A stretch of DNA of 63,955 nt, counting the filler, from Octopus bimaculoides (Eukaryota): the NCBI RefSeq assembly GCF_001194135.2. It is 5 parts of 2 records of this genome, joined end to end, with 100 filler letters (N's around TTAATTAATTAA, not from the genome) between each part and the next. Parts side by side here need not be neighbours in the genome. Positions count along the whole stretch, not along the records: positions 1 to 31,936 come from NC_068991.1; 4 more parts are not named here. The stretch is one strand, 5' to 3'. The position numbers were made by a program, and so were the translations under genes. Below are positions 12,271 through 24,425 of the stretch, piece after piece. Each line of letters opens with the position of its first letter. Position 1 is the first letter of the stretch. The notes beneath the pieces are model-generated. The model saw nothing but the letters and a program-made list of their open reading frames with translations, searched no databases and was not told the origin of the DNA.

Positions 12271-12980
12271 TGTTTCATAAGATTTCTTGCATCTTTCTTC
12301 TTTTCATAATGATATATCAGATAATTCCTCACAGCTTCGGCACAAGGCTTATATTAGATGCGGCGTAGTTGGACGTGCAGTATATGAATGGTATTTTTGA
12401 TCAACTCTAGATGTATAGACCTAATAGTAGACACCAGTTAAAATTTGAATTCAGTTAGCTAAATTTGCGAAACTAAATGTTACAGGGCGTTAAATCAGAC
12501 ACTGTCCTAATTCTCCAACTTAATGCTCTAATAATGATTAAAAATATTACCATTCTTTTCTTTATAAGATTAGGAATATTCCAAATTTATTCTCTTTCTT
12601 CACTATTTTGTTCAGGATTCACACAACATACACTCGAATACTTCACCTATGACAAGTATGTTTTGCATAGAGTCAACATCAAGTTAGATATTGCTAGTGC
12701 TAAGTAGAAACAGGGCTAGAGATAGTACAAGGATTCGCTTGAGAAATTGATCGCAAATACAGGTTATCAAAATGTGACAAATTCACTTTGAAGAGTAGAC
12801 ATTTAAGAAAAATATCTAATGCTGTGTTTGATAGATAAACAGTGAAAAGAAAATGCTTTCAAACGCTGAGTTATAAATGATATTGGAAGAAAACATTTGG
12901 AAAGATATTTTAGTTTTAATATATTTATACTTAACACAGAGCTAAATGCAAAAACGAATTTAATAGTGCGTGTGTGTGTG

Positions 12981-13362
12981 CTGGCACTCCGTCGCTTACG
13001 ACGTCGAGGGTTCCAGTTGATCCGATCAACGGAACAGCCTGCTCGTGAAATTAACGTGCAAGTGGCTGAGCACTCCACAGACACGTGTACCCTTAACGTA
13101 GTTCTTGGGGATATTCAGCGTGACACAGTGTGACAAGGCTGACCCTTTGAAATACAGGCACAACATAAACAGGAAGTAAGAGTGAGAGAAAGTTGTGGTG
13201 AAAGTGTACAGCAGGGTTCGCCACCATCCACTGCCGGAGCCTCGTGGAGCTTTTTAGGTGTTTTCGCTCAATAAACACTCACAACGCCCGGTCTGGGAAT
13301 CGAAACCGCGATCCTATGACAGTGAGTCCACTGCCCTAACCACTGGGCGATTGCGCCTCCAC
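12981..13362 (-). mobile_element. SINE family B, full length, well preserved
   Basis: The reverse complement begins GTGGAGGCGCAATCGCCCAGTGGTTAGGGCAGTGGACTCACTGTCATAGGATCGCGGTTTCGATTCCCAGACCG (A and B boxes, tRNA-like). It ends GGAACCCTCGACGTCGTAAGCGACGGAGTGCCAG followed by (CA)n. Confidence 0.9.
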
Positions 13363-13479
13363 TAAATATAGTAGTAAAATTCTAAATTACATGAGAAATG
13401 AATTAGCTCGAAGTGAGACGATGTCAAAAAGTATTTCGATGAAATTTAAAATTACAAAAGTAATCATCAGACACAATTC

Positions 13480-13925
13480 AATACTAACTGATCAGGGGTT
13501 ATTTGCAACAAGAAATTTTTTGTGTTGTACATATCCGGGAATACAAATATCATCTTATAAAGAATAATACAAAATTAATACAAAGAGCTAAGAATAAAGT
13601 TCTAAAATTGCAAAAGAGTTATTCTAAAACGGTGCAAGAAAACTCCAACATATAAATCCTGACAAAACTGCACAACAGAAAAATTGTTTGGAATAAAAGT
13701 TGGTGGCATGGACGTGGAAACGAAGAAATCTGAAGGTAAGGATTTTTTCTCTTGTAACACAAAATCGGAAAATTCCTGCCAGAAATTACCAAAATATGTA
13801 TGGAATTCGAAAGGAAGAAGTAATTGCAAAATATGATGGTGATTGGAAAAAAGGAAACACAATTAATCATATTATTTCTAAATGCCCAGTCTCAGCGGCA
13901 ACGGAATACGTATACATGCACACAT
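13480..13925 (+). pseudogene. Degenerate R4/Dong retrotransposon fragment (post-RT region and knuckle)
   Basis: ORF 13700: WTWKRRNLK...TQNRKIPARNYQN...GNTINHIISKCPVSAATEYVYMH matches the R4/Dong pattern WL...LK.ETE...AQ.Q.L.TRNY...ETI.HI.S.C..LA..EY..RH. Confidence 0.65.
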
Positions 13926-14064
13926 AAACGCTCACATCTATATGTTTGTATGTATGTATGTATGTATGTATGTATATACACGCGCGCAAGCACACACACA
14001 TGCACACACACACAAACATATGTATATATATATATATATGTGCATGTGTTTTTATGCGTGATTG

Positions 14065-14140
14065 CATCCGGGCGTGGCTGTGTGATAAAAAGCTTACTTC
14101 CCAACCGTATGGTTCTAGGTTCCATCCCGATATAGGGCAT
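14065..14140 (+). mobile_element. SINE family C, head only
   Basis: GGCGTGGCTGTGTGATAAAAAGCTTACTTCCCAACCGTATGGTTCTAGGTTCCATCCC. Confidence 0.7.
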
Positions 14141-14258
14141 ATATATCAAGGGTCAAACATAAAAGAAGACAAAAATGAAAAAAATTAGACGAAAATGCAT
14201 CAAAACCGAAGAAACCACGACAAATATATCCAATGTATATAGATATGCATGTACGTGT

Positions 14259-14262
<4 letters not shown>

Positions 14263-14316
<54 letters not shown>
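14263..14316. repeat. (GA)n microsatellite adjoining a gap
   Basis: About 27 GA units. Confidence 0.97.
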
Positions 14317-15509
14317 NNNNNNNNNNNNNNNNNNNNNNNNNNNNNNNNNNNNNNNNNNNNNNNNNNNNNNNNNNNNNNNNNNNNNNNNNNNNNNNNNNNN
14401 NNNNNNNNNNNNNNNNNNNNNNNNNNNNNNNNNNNNNNNNNNNNNNNNNNNNNNNNNNNNNNNNNNNNNNNNNNNNNNNNNNNNNNNNNNNNNNNNNNNN
14501 NNNNNNNNNNNNNNNNNNNNNNNNNNNNNNNNNNNNNNNNNNNNNNNNNNNNNNNNNNNNNNNNNNNNNNNNNNNNNNNNNNNNNNNNNNNNNNNNNNNN
14601 NNNNNNNNNNNNNNNNNNNNNNNNNNNNNNNNNNNNNNNNNNNNNNNNNNNNNNNNNNNNNNNNNNNNNNNNNNNNNNNNNNNNNNNNNNNNNNNNNNNN
14701 NNNNNNNNNNNNNNNNNNNNNNNNNNNNNNNNNNNNNNNNNNNNNNNNNNNNNNNNNNNNNNNNNNNNNNNNNNNNNNNNNNNNNNNNNNNNNNNNNNNN
14801 NNNNNNNNNNNNNNNNNNNNNNNNNNNNNNNNNNNNNNNNNNNNNNNNNNNNNNNNNNNNNNNNNNNNNNNNNNNNNNNNNNNNNNNNNNNNNNNNNNNN
14901 NNNNNNNNNNNNNNNNNNNNNNNNNNNNNNNNNNNNNNNNNNNNNNNNNNNNNNNNNNNNNNNNNNNNNNNNNNNNNNNNNNNNNNNNNNNNNNNNNNNN
15001 NNNNNNNNNNNNNNNNNNNNNNATATATATATTTATATATATTAATATGTAGATATATATATAGTGATAGATTGATAGAAAGAAAGATAGATATATAGAT
15101 AGATAGATAGATAGACAGACAGATAGATAGATAGATAAATAGATAGATAGGCAGATGATAAATAGATAGTTAAATCCATACATATATGTATATGCGAGTG
15201 TGTAAGCATGTATGTATGTATGCTTGAATGCATATATATATATATATATGTACAAGCGTGACAGACATAGTGTCTTTATATACCGGAAATTATGCCAGCA
15301 TTGTGAAATATAAGCACAAAGCTTTAGTATAGAAATACGGCAGAAAAGCTTCGAGTATGGCAAAGTGACCTTACTGTAGGAACCCTTTCACAGAGAGTGA
15401 GCGTGGGGGAGGGAGAGATAGAATGAGATGGAAGGTGAAGGAGAAATATAGACTGGCAGAGACTACAAAAGAGAGATATTGAGAGAAGGAGATATTGAGA
15501 GAAAGCGGA

Positions 15510-15775
15510 AGATCAATGTAAATTGATCGGATGTTGTTGTCAAGGAACATCAGGAAAGGAACTATCTCCTGATCGAAATATCAGTCCCAACAGATAATAT
15601 AATGTATCTTTCAAAAGAAATGGAGAAATTGTCCAAATGTAAAGAACTTAAAATAGCGATAACCCGAATGAAAACAGAAAGAATCTTTACAATAATAGGT
15701 GTTTTGAGAATGATAAAAAGAGATGTAGACATATAGGGTAACCAAATGCCAAATCTCATACCTTATATACATATA
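15510..15775 (+). pseudogene. R4/Dong restriction-like endonuclease fragment
   Basis: Manual translation: DVVVKEHQERNYLLIEISVPTDN...KEMEKLSKCKELKIAITRM...IIGVL (PD..D/ExK nuclease region). Confidence 0.72.
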
Positions 15776-15849
15776 TATACACACACGTGTACATAGATAC
15801 AAACACACAAACGCTCACACACATATGTGTGCATATGTAAGTATATATA

Positions 15850-15889
<40 letters not shown>

Positions 15890-16412
15890 NNNNNNNNNNN
15901 NNNNNNNNNNNNNNNNNNNNNNNNNNNNNNNNNNNNNNNNNNNNNNNNNNNNNNNNNNNNNNNNNNNNNNNNNNNNNNNNNNNNNNNNNNNNNNNNNNNN
16001 NNNNNNNNNNNNNNNNNNNNNNNNNNNNNNNNNNNNNNNNNNNNNNNNNNNNNNNNNNNNNNNNNNNNNNNNNNNNNNNNNNNNNNNNNNNNNNNNNNNN
16101 NNNNNNNNNNNNNNNNNNNNNNNNNNNNNNNNNNNNNNNNNNNNNNNNNNNNNNNNNNNNNNNNNNNNNNNNNNNNNNNNNNNNNNNNNNNNNNNNNNNN
16201 NNNNNNNNNNNNNNNNNNNNNNNNNNNNNNNNNNNNNNNNNNNNNNNNNNNNNNNNNNNNNNNNNNNNNNNNNNNNNNNNNNNNNNNNNNNNNNNNNNNN
16301 NNNNNNNNNNNNNNNNNNNNNNNNNNNNNNNNNNNNNNNNNNNNNNNNNNNNNNNNNNNNNNNNNNNNNNNNNNNNNNNNNNNNNNNNNNNNNNNNNNNN
16401 NNNNNNNNNNNN

Positions 16413-16459
<47 letters not shown>

Positions 16460-17499
16460 TACAACAAACAGAAAATAGCACCACTAAACACTGAATACAT
16501 ATTACGTAATTTCAATGGAAAAAAAAATAGTCACACAAAAGAAAACCCTGCATATGCCCAAGGCCCTTAGGGCTGGCAATACAATGAAAAATAAATGCAA
16601 TAAAAATAAGATTGCTGAATAATAATGATAGCCAAACCCGGGAAATTCCTCGGGTTTTGCTTGTGGATATAACTTCATGAACACAACATATTCAATCAAT
16701 ACTATTACTACCAGAAATATAATTTCTTTTAGCTTAGCATACGAGGCCTGTCAATTAAATGGGCTCAATGTAAATTTTCTTCTTCAATAACGACCGTGCA
16801 AAGTAAAATACACATAGGAACGTAAGTAACGGACGTAACTTATTGAATGTATTTCAGTAATAATCTAAAAGTATAATTTACTTGTACTTTCTTTCGTACA
16901 TTATAGTCTGTATGAAAACCGTATTGCATTTGTTTGTGAACGAAATTATATTTCGGGGACGGAACATTTTTCATTTAAAACATGAATATCGTTCCGTTCA
17001 TATGCATATAAACGTTTTTTCATAAGTAAAAAAAAATCTACTTTCGAATAAACTTGCAGAGGCGTGATACGAAGGATAGGCAGATGGAAGGTGTCCCTGT
17101 GTTATATATAGAATAAGACATAGTTTATTGCGAGCTGTTACAAGTGATTGAGAGTCGCACATTTTTGTTTTCGTATTTACTCTGGCTGTTTGCATGCCGT
17201 TTTAAATTCCCTGCAGTGTCAAAATACAACTGTCTTCTTAGTAAAAGAAACGCTTTACTTGCAATAGAATTTCTACTTTCAAATGAAATTTCAGGACCGT
17301 TACACACTAGGCTGGTAGTTTGGAAAGTACCATAATAATAATGATTAAAAATTTTTGCCACTGGGACTCATAATGCTGCACACACCCCAGCAACATGGAG
17401 GTGTAGCAGGTGATGCAGTTGAAATTTTCCTGAAACTACCAGATGTTGAGCAATGATAGACATAACAATAATAAAGGTTATTTGATTAAGAGTTGAGCT

Positions 17500-17852
17500 G
17501 CTAGTTTAAATGTAGGAGATAGGCAAACAAAAAAGCCGCATGTTAAAAGTAAGGAAAAAGGAAGCAAGATTATCTAACTGGCAAGAGAAGGCTTCGCTTG
17601 GTAGATTTCCTAAGATTGCTTCAGAAAATAGTAAAATTAAGAAATGGTTGTGTTTGTAGAAAGAAAGGCTGAAACGGGAGACATAAATTTTTTTTAGTAG
17701 TAGCACAAAGTCAGGTACGGATGACTAACTCAATTGATGCTAAAATAGACAAAAATCTGGTAGATTCTCAATGTAGGCCATATACATCAAAGGAAGAAAG
17801 TGTTACTCATATAGTTAGTGACTGTAATATGCTGGGACAGAAAGAATATGAG
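17500..17852 (+). pseudogene. R4/Dong fragment (post-RT region and knuckle), cut by a SINE
   Basis: WQEKASLGRF...KWLCL*KERLKRET...AQSQVRMTNSIDAKIDK...DSQCR....EESVTHIVSDCNMLGQKEYEK. Confidence 0.75.
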
Positions 17853-18070
17853 AAAAGTGATGAGCTAGCAGAGTGGTTAGTAGGCCGCATGAAATACTTA
17901 GAGGAATTTTGTCCCTCTTAACGTTCCGAGTTCAAAATCCGCCGTGGTCGATTTTGCGTTTCATCCTTTCAGAATCGATAAAATACGTAGCGGTTGAAAA
18001 TTGGGGTCCCTATTATCGACTTATCCTCTTCCCGAAATAGCCAGCCTTGTACCAAAATATAAAACCAATA
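17853..18070 (+). mobile_element. SINE family A (second tail type)
   Basis: GAGCTAGCAGAG...CGTTCCGAGTTCAAAATCCGCCGTGGTCGATTTTGCGTTTCATCCTTTC...CCAGCCTTGTACCAAAATATAAAACC. Confidence 0.8.
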
Positions 18071-18512
18071 TTTTGGGGTTGAAAAAGTTACTTTGCACGA
18101 TGTCACACACGTCACACTTTTTGTATCCTCTTCAAAAACTTTAGCATACATTTCAGGTAAAATAGTTTTTGATAAGTGCTTGCCTTGGTGATCAAACTTT
18201 AATGAGAATAATGAATCGAGACAATTCCTGTAAACGTTTGATATTTACAGTTTAGCAATTTCATAATTTGTGTTCTGATTGACAAGTACATCACGCGAGA
18301 ATGGTCCGTTACCTATGTGACAAAAATGTAGACGAGTCAGTTTTTTTGTTGTCAGAGAAACCAGGGTTAGGTGCGTGGAGTTCCTAATAGTATAATGTTG
18401 TTCCTCTCTTTTGGTGGTGGTGGTGGCGGCGGCGCTGTACATATTTTCTCGTTGTTACATTATTCTGTAGTGTCTCTACTGTTTATTGGTTTGCGCTAAT
18501 TAACATAGTGTG

Positions 18513-18725
18513 AAGACGGCCAGTTGGCGAAATCATTAATACGTTGGACAATATGCTTAGTAACATTTCGTCCATCTTTACGTTTTGAGTTCAAACTCCT
18601 CCGAGGTCTACTTTGCCATTTATATTCTCAAGCTCAATAAAATAGGTGTTTGTCAAGTACTAGGGTCGAAGTAATCGACTTCTCCCTTTCAAAATCTACT
18701 GGTCCCGTGTCAAAATTTGTGGCCA
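18513..18725 (+). mobile_element. SINE family A (second tail type), diverged
   Basis: AAGACGGCCAGTTGGCGAAATC...GAGTTCAAACTCCTCCGAGGTCTACTTTGCC...CTGGTCCCGTGTCAAAATTTG. Confidence 0.72.
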
Positions 18726-19260
18726 TTATTGATGGCGATGATGATGATGGGAAGATTGATATTGTTGATGACAACAACAAAGATGGCAATGTTGACGACG
18801 ACGAAGACGACTGAGACGACGCCTAAAATGATGATGATAATGATGATGATAATGATGATGATGAGGAGGAGGAGGAGGGTAGAAGCTACGTCGTCGTCGA
18901 CGATGCTGATTACGATGATGATGACGATGATCATGATCATGATTAAAAGATGATAGACGTGGTTATGATGAAGATTTGTCATGGATTTGCTGCAGATACT
19001 GATGATGACGAAGTCTGAGGAAAACATCATCATCATCATCATCATCATGACATTTATGATGACGACTGTGACGTCTATGCCGACGACGACGACGACAACA
19101 ATGATGATGATGATGTTGAGGAAGATGATGACGATCTTCATCACCATCATCGCTATCATCATTATGACCATCATCATCATCCTCATCGTCGTTATCATCG
19201 TCATCATCGTCGTCACCAGCATAATCGTATTCATGAATATGGTATCGGCGATACTGAAAC
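18725..19260. repeat. Degenerate (GAT)n/(CAT)n triplet field
   Basis: Alternating GAT-rich and CAT-rich blocks. Confidence 0.92.
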
Positions 19261-19702
19261 AATTGAGATGAAGGGTGGGGGGNNNNNNNNNNNNNNNNNN
19301 NNNNNNNNNNNNNNNNNNNNNNNNNNNNNNNNNNNNNNNNNNNNNNNNNNNNNNNNNNNNNNNNNNNNNNNNNNNNNNNNNNNNNNNNNNNNNNNNNNNN
19401 NNNNNNNNNNNNNNNNNNNNNNNNNNNNNNNNNNNNNNNNNNNNNNNNNNNNNNNNNNNNNNNNNNNNNNNNNNNNNNNNNNNNNNNNNNNNNNNNNNNN
19501 NNNNNNNNNNNNNNNNNNNNNNNNNNNNNNNNNNNNNNNNNNNNNNNNNNNNNNNNNNNNNNNNNNNNNNNNNNNNNNNNNNNNNNNNNNNNNNNNNNNN
19601 NNNNNNNNNNNNNNNNNNNNNNNNNNNNNNNNNNNNNNNNNNNNNNNNNNNNNNNNNNNNNNNNNNNNNNNNNNNNNNNNNNNNNNNNNNNNNNNNNNNN
19701 NN

Positions 19703-19734
<32 letters not shown>

Positions 19735-20337
19735 ATAAACAAATATAGAAGGTTCAGGCATAATAAACAAACAAAAAAAAACAACAATATCACCAAACAT
19801 TGAGTTGATTGACATTCCAAATATAGATCGTGAAATTTAAATGAAAAAGCAGAATGTTGTATATACAATATAATATCATATATATAATATAAAATAATAT
19901 AATGTGATATAGTGTAGAGGAAAATAGCGAAACGGAAACAGCACCGCTGACAAAGGGAACAGACAGGGTAGAAACACTGCACGAAACATCTAAAGCAATT
20001 GAGAGAGAAAATTTAATTGAAAGCTATATTGATAGATTGTTAATTTTTAATAATTTATCATCATATTTATTTTGCTGGCTGGTCGGACGGATGGTTGGTT
20101 GGCTGGTTGGTTGGTTGGGAAGTTGGATGATGGAGTGTTAGGTGAGTTAAGGTAGATGGTGAAGTAGGCAGGTGAGCGGGTGGGTGGGTGAGTTATGGGT
20201 GTTTCGTGAGGTATTTGGTTTATTTCCTTGTTTCGTTGATTTTTTTTTTTTTTCAATTTTTGATTCTCTGATAAATTTGAAAGACTTAGAACAAGTTTTC
20301 AAAGTGCAGTTTTGTGTATACGTACATATACATACTT

Positions 20338-20368
<31 letters not shown>

Positions 20369-20914
20369 NNNNNNNNNNNNNNNNNNNNNNNNNNNNNNNN
20401 NNNNNNNNNNNNNNNNNNNNNNNNNNNNNNNNNNNNNNNNNNNNNNNNNNNNNNNNNNNNNNNNNNNNNNNNNNNNNNNNNNNNNNNNNNNNNNNNNNNN
20501 NNNNNNNNNNNNNNNNNNNNNNNNNNNNNNNNNNNNNNNNNNNNNNNNNNNNNNNNNNNNNNNNNNNNNNNNNNNNNNNNNNNNNNNNNNNNNNNNNNNN
20601 NNNNNNNNNNNNNNNNNNNNNNNNNNNNNNNNNNNNNNNNNNNNNNNNNNNNNNNNNNNNNNNNNNNNNNNNNNNNNNNNNNNNNNNNNNNNNNNNNNNN
20701 NNNNNNNNNNNNNNNNNNNNNNNNNNNNNNNNNNNNNNNNNNNNNNNNNNNNNNNNNNNNNNNNNNNNNNNNNNNNNNNNNNNNNNNNNNNNNNNNNNNN
20801 NNNNNNNNNNNNNNNNNNNNNNNNNNNNNNNNNNNNTATATAGATATATATGTATATATACATACATATATATATGCACACAAACATATTTATACATAGA
20901 CACAGACACACACA

Positions 20915-20986
<72 letters not shown>

Positions 20987-21484
20987 CACGTACACATATC
21001 CATCTGTACATATATATTTCTGTCTACAATTTCCCATTATTCACTGGTTATGTGAGAATAGATTTCAGAATTTGTTTAATTATTAAATTGTTAAGTATTA
21101 AAAAAAATAAAATTAACGAATTTTTCAAAGAAAAATGAAAACATAAAGAACAAAAAAGGAAAAATAAAAGAAAAGAAAACTCTGCCACAACGCCACTAAT
21201 ATCAATAAAGTTTAAAAAAATAAATAAATAAACAGTATAAAGTGTTCAAAAACGAAAACCAACAGCAGCACCATCAGCGCAATCTGCACCAATTACACCA
21301 CCACCGCAAACACCAACCTTAATAGCAACCTAACCAACACCTCCATAAATATTGAAACAACCACAACAAAAATATATAAAAAGTATTAAAAAAAACCCAT
21401 CAAAGACAATAACAACATTTCGATAATTAATACCAACAAAAAATATCGCTTGATTCTTAAAGAATATTGTGAATATAACAAAAC

Positions 21485-21790
21485 AAAATGGCCGTCCACA
21501 TGTTTTTGATTTTTTCTTTCTGCGTCTTTTTATTATTTTTATCTAACATTTTCGAGGCGATTCAGAGAATTAAAAAAAAAATGCGGGTTTTCATTTTCTT
21601 ATACGTATTTGTTATTTGCAGTTTTGTGTTTTTTTCATGGGGGAGGGGTAATTTCACACAGGAAGACTGAGTACGAACGCTAAACACCGAGTCAAATCTT
21701 TTGGAAGAGCTCAACGATGCTTTATATATGACCGGAAGTTACTGGAGACTGCTTTTGCAATAACTTCCGCCATTTTCTTTTAGCGCGCTC
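21485..21790. promoter_or_regulatory. Candidate promoter-like motif cluster (ETS and YY1 motifs)
   Basis: AAAATGGCCG at about 21485, ACCGGAAGT at 21731, ACTTCCGCCATTTT at 21763 and AGCGCGCT at 21782. Motif matches only; no transcript evidence. Confidence 0.3.
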
Positions 21791-22128
21791 TAAAATAACA
21801 TTATTTATTGCATTTCTTTCTTTTCCACTTTCTTTTCTTATTTATTTTTTGGTTTGAAAATTTTATTTTATTTCTTGTTATGAATTCCCTTATTTTTGTT
21901 TTCGAATTTTCATATCTTCTTTTTAATTTTTTGATTCCGAATAAGGAAAAACACGGACGCACAGGCAAACAAATGGACACACAATCGCAGACACACTACT
22001 ACACATGAGTCACTTACACATACACCGACAAACGTTTATATATATATATATATATATATGTATACCCAAATATACATATACATATATGTATGTGTATACA
22101 TGTATATAAATATATATATATATGTATA

Positions 22129-22161
<33 letters not shown>

Positions 22162-22369
22162 GCAAGAGAAAGAGAGAGGGAGAGAGAAAGAGAGAGAATA
22201 ATTAATGACAAGATTGAATATTAAAAATATAAAAAAAGGCTGAAGAATAAATCTTCTAAAAAAATACAGGTGAAAGGTCTATGCTAGCAAATGAAAAAAA
22301 AAGGGGTGGGGAAATGAATAATGAAATGTGAAATACTATAAATAAATAAATAAAATTATTATTATCATT

Positions 22370-22414
22370 AATAATAATAATAATAGCAACAACAACAACA
22401 ACAGCAATAATAAC

Positions 22415-22448
<34 letters not shown>

Positions 22449-22745
22449 GTAAGAACAATGACATGAATCCAGTAAATAAAGGAAGCATTAACAATATTTA
22501 AAATAACAATTATTATAAATTATATTAATGAAATAAACAACTATAAATGATCGCTGACAACAACAAACAATAAAATAATCATGATACTGCGATCACCACT
22601 ACCACCACCACCACCACACACCTCACTATCGTCATCACCACAATAACAATTCCCAACACCACGATCCCCATCACCACGCTTTCCACCACCATCACCACCA
22701 CCAATGGTAAAACTACAAGCAAAAGCAACAACGACAATAATAAGA
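22370..22745. repeat. (AAT)/(AAC)/(CAC) low-complexity tract
   Basis: Mixed triplet repeats. Confidence 0.9.
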
Positions 22746-22750
22746 ATAGT

Positions 22751-22949
22751 CTGAATTTTGGCACACGGCCAGCAATATCAGAGAAAGGATTGAATCTATT
22801 GTATTGACCCCTGTGCTCAACTGGTACTCAACTGATACCCACCAAAAGAATGGAAGGTAAAGTGGACATCGGCAAAATTTGAACTCAGAATGTAGAAGGA
22901 CGAAAATGTCGCTCAGCGTTTTCTCTGGCGTGTTAACGATTCAGCCAGC
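22751..22949 (-). mobile_element. SINE family A (second tail type), diverged
   Basis: AATTTTGGCACACGGCCAGCA...GGTAAAGTGGACATCGGCAAAATTTGAACTCAGAATG...AACGATTCAGCCAGC. Confidence 0.75.
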
Positions 22950-23033
22950 AATGAAATAGGGGTAGCTTATTCTGTTCAGGCTATATTATTAGCATTATCC
23001 TGCNNNNNNNNNNCATGTCGCGCACATATGGTT

Positions 23034-23172
23034 GTGATGCATGTGCCTAGTGTACCCTTATCATACGGGTATTCATGATGGGTATAATGGGCTGCGTATA
23101 TTTTACCCCAGTGTCACTTTGATGGCAGGCACTTCTCTCTCACTCAATAGTAATAATAATAATAATAATAAT
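23034..23172 (+). mobile_element. 3' end of a retroposon with a (TAA)n tail
   Basis: ...TTTTACCCCAGTGTCACTTTGATGGCAGGCACTTCTCTCTCACTCAATAG followed by (TAA)n. The tail type matches the Dong elements; family identity is from recall only. Confidence 0.55.
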
Positions 23173-24425
23173 ATCTATAGCAGCTGGATGTGACAGCGGC
23201 TGGACGTGTTCTTCGCAGCTCTGACCTGTCAGCAGCTGAAGACACAGAAACATTAATACAACCCAGGACAACTGAAAAATAACTCTAAAGGACTGGAATA
23301 TCTACAGTTTCCTGTGAGCATTTTGAATTTCCCTCAAAATAAGTTAAGGAACGTACATATCTGCAGCTTTCGAACACATACTGTTTTGCAAGAACAAAAC
23401 AGTAAAAACAAACGGTGAGGACTGCTAAGCCAAGACGAGGTGAAGTGGTGAACGCTGGAAAACGAGGTTTGACAAGAGACAGGCAAAAGCATGTCTATAT
23501 ATATATATATATATATATNNNNNNNNNNNNNNNNNNNNNNNNNNNNNNNNNNNNNNNNNNNNNNNNNNNNNNNNNNNNNNNNNNNNNNNNNNNNNNNNNN
23601 NNNNNNNNNNNNNNNNNNNNNNNNNNNNNNNNNNNNNNNNNNNNNNNNNNNNNNNNNNNNNNNNNNNNNNNNNNNNNNNNNNNNNNNNNNNNNNNNNNNN
23701 NNNNNNNNNNNNNNNNNNNNNNNNNNNNNNNNNNNNNNNNNNNNNNNNNNNNNNNNNNNNNNNNNNNNNNNNNNNNNNNNNNNNNNNNNNNNNNNNNNNN
23801 NNNNNNNNNNNNNNNNNNNNNNNNNNNNNNNNNNNNNNNNNNNNNNNNNNNNNNNNNNNNNNNNNNNNNNNNNNNNNNNNNNNNNNNNNNNNNNNNNNNN
23901 NNNNNNNNNNNNNNNNNNNNNNNNNNNNNNNNNNNNNNNNNNNNNNNNNNNNNNNNNNNNNNNNNNNNNNNNNNNNNNNNNNNNNNNNNNNNNNNNNNNN
24001 NNNNNNNNNNNNNNNNNNNNNNNNNNNNNNNNNNNNNNNNNNNNNNNNNNNNNNNNNNNNNNNNNNNNNNNNNNNNNNNNNNNNNNNNNNNNNNNNNNNN
24101 NNNNNNNNNNNNNNNNNNNNNNNNNNNNNNNNNNNNNNNNNNNNNNNNNNNNNNNNNNNNNNNNNNNNNNNNNNNNNNNNNNNNNNNNNNNNNNNNNNNN
24201 NNNNNNNNNNNNNNNNNNNNNNNNNNNNNNNNNNNNNNNNNNNNNNNNNNNNNNNNNNNNNNNNNNNNNNNNNNNNNNNNNNNNNNNNNNNNNNNNNNNN
24301 NNNNNNNNNNNNNNNNNNNNNNNNNNNNNNNNNNNNNNNNNNNNNNNNNNNNNNNNNNNNNNNNNNNNNNNNNNNNNNNNNNNNNNNNNNNNNNNNNNNN
24401 NNNNNNNNNNNNNNNNATATATATA

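Noticed and set aside
12981-13362. tRNA-like sequences at SINE heads
   Set aside because: They have A/B boxes but continue into SINE bodies and lack a complete acceptor stem; not functional tRNA genes.
16740-16765. TACGAGGCCTGTCAATTAAAT resembling a mariner TIR
   Set aside because: No partner TIR or transposase remnant found.
23180-23285. GC-richer stretch with a strong minus-strand acceptor (TTTCTGTGTCTTCAG)
   Set aside because: It runs into a (TAA)n retroposon tail without a donor, and the peptides are unrecognised.
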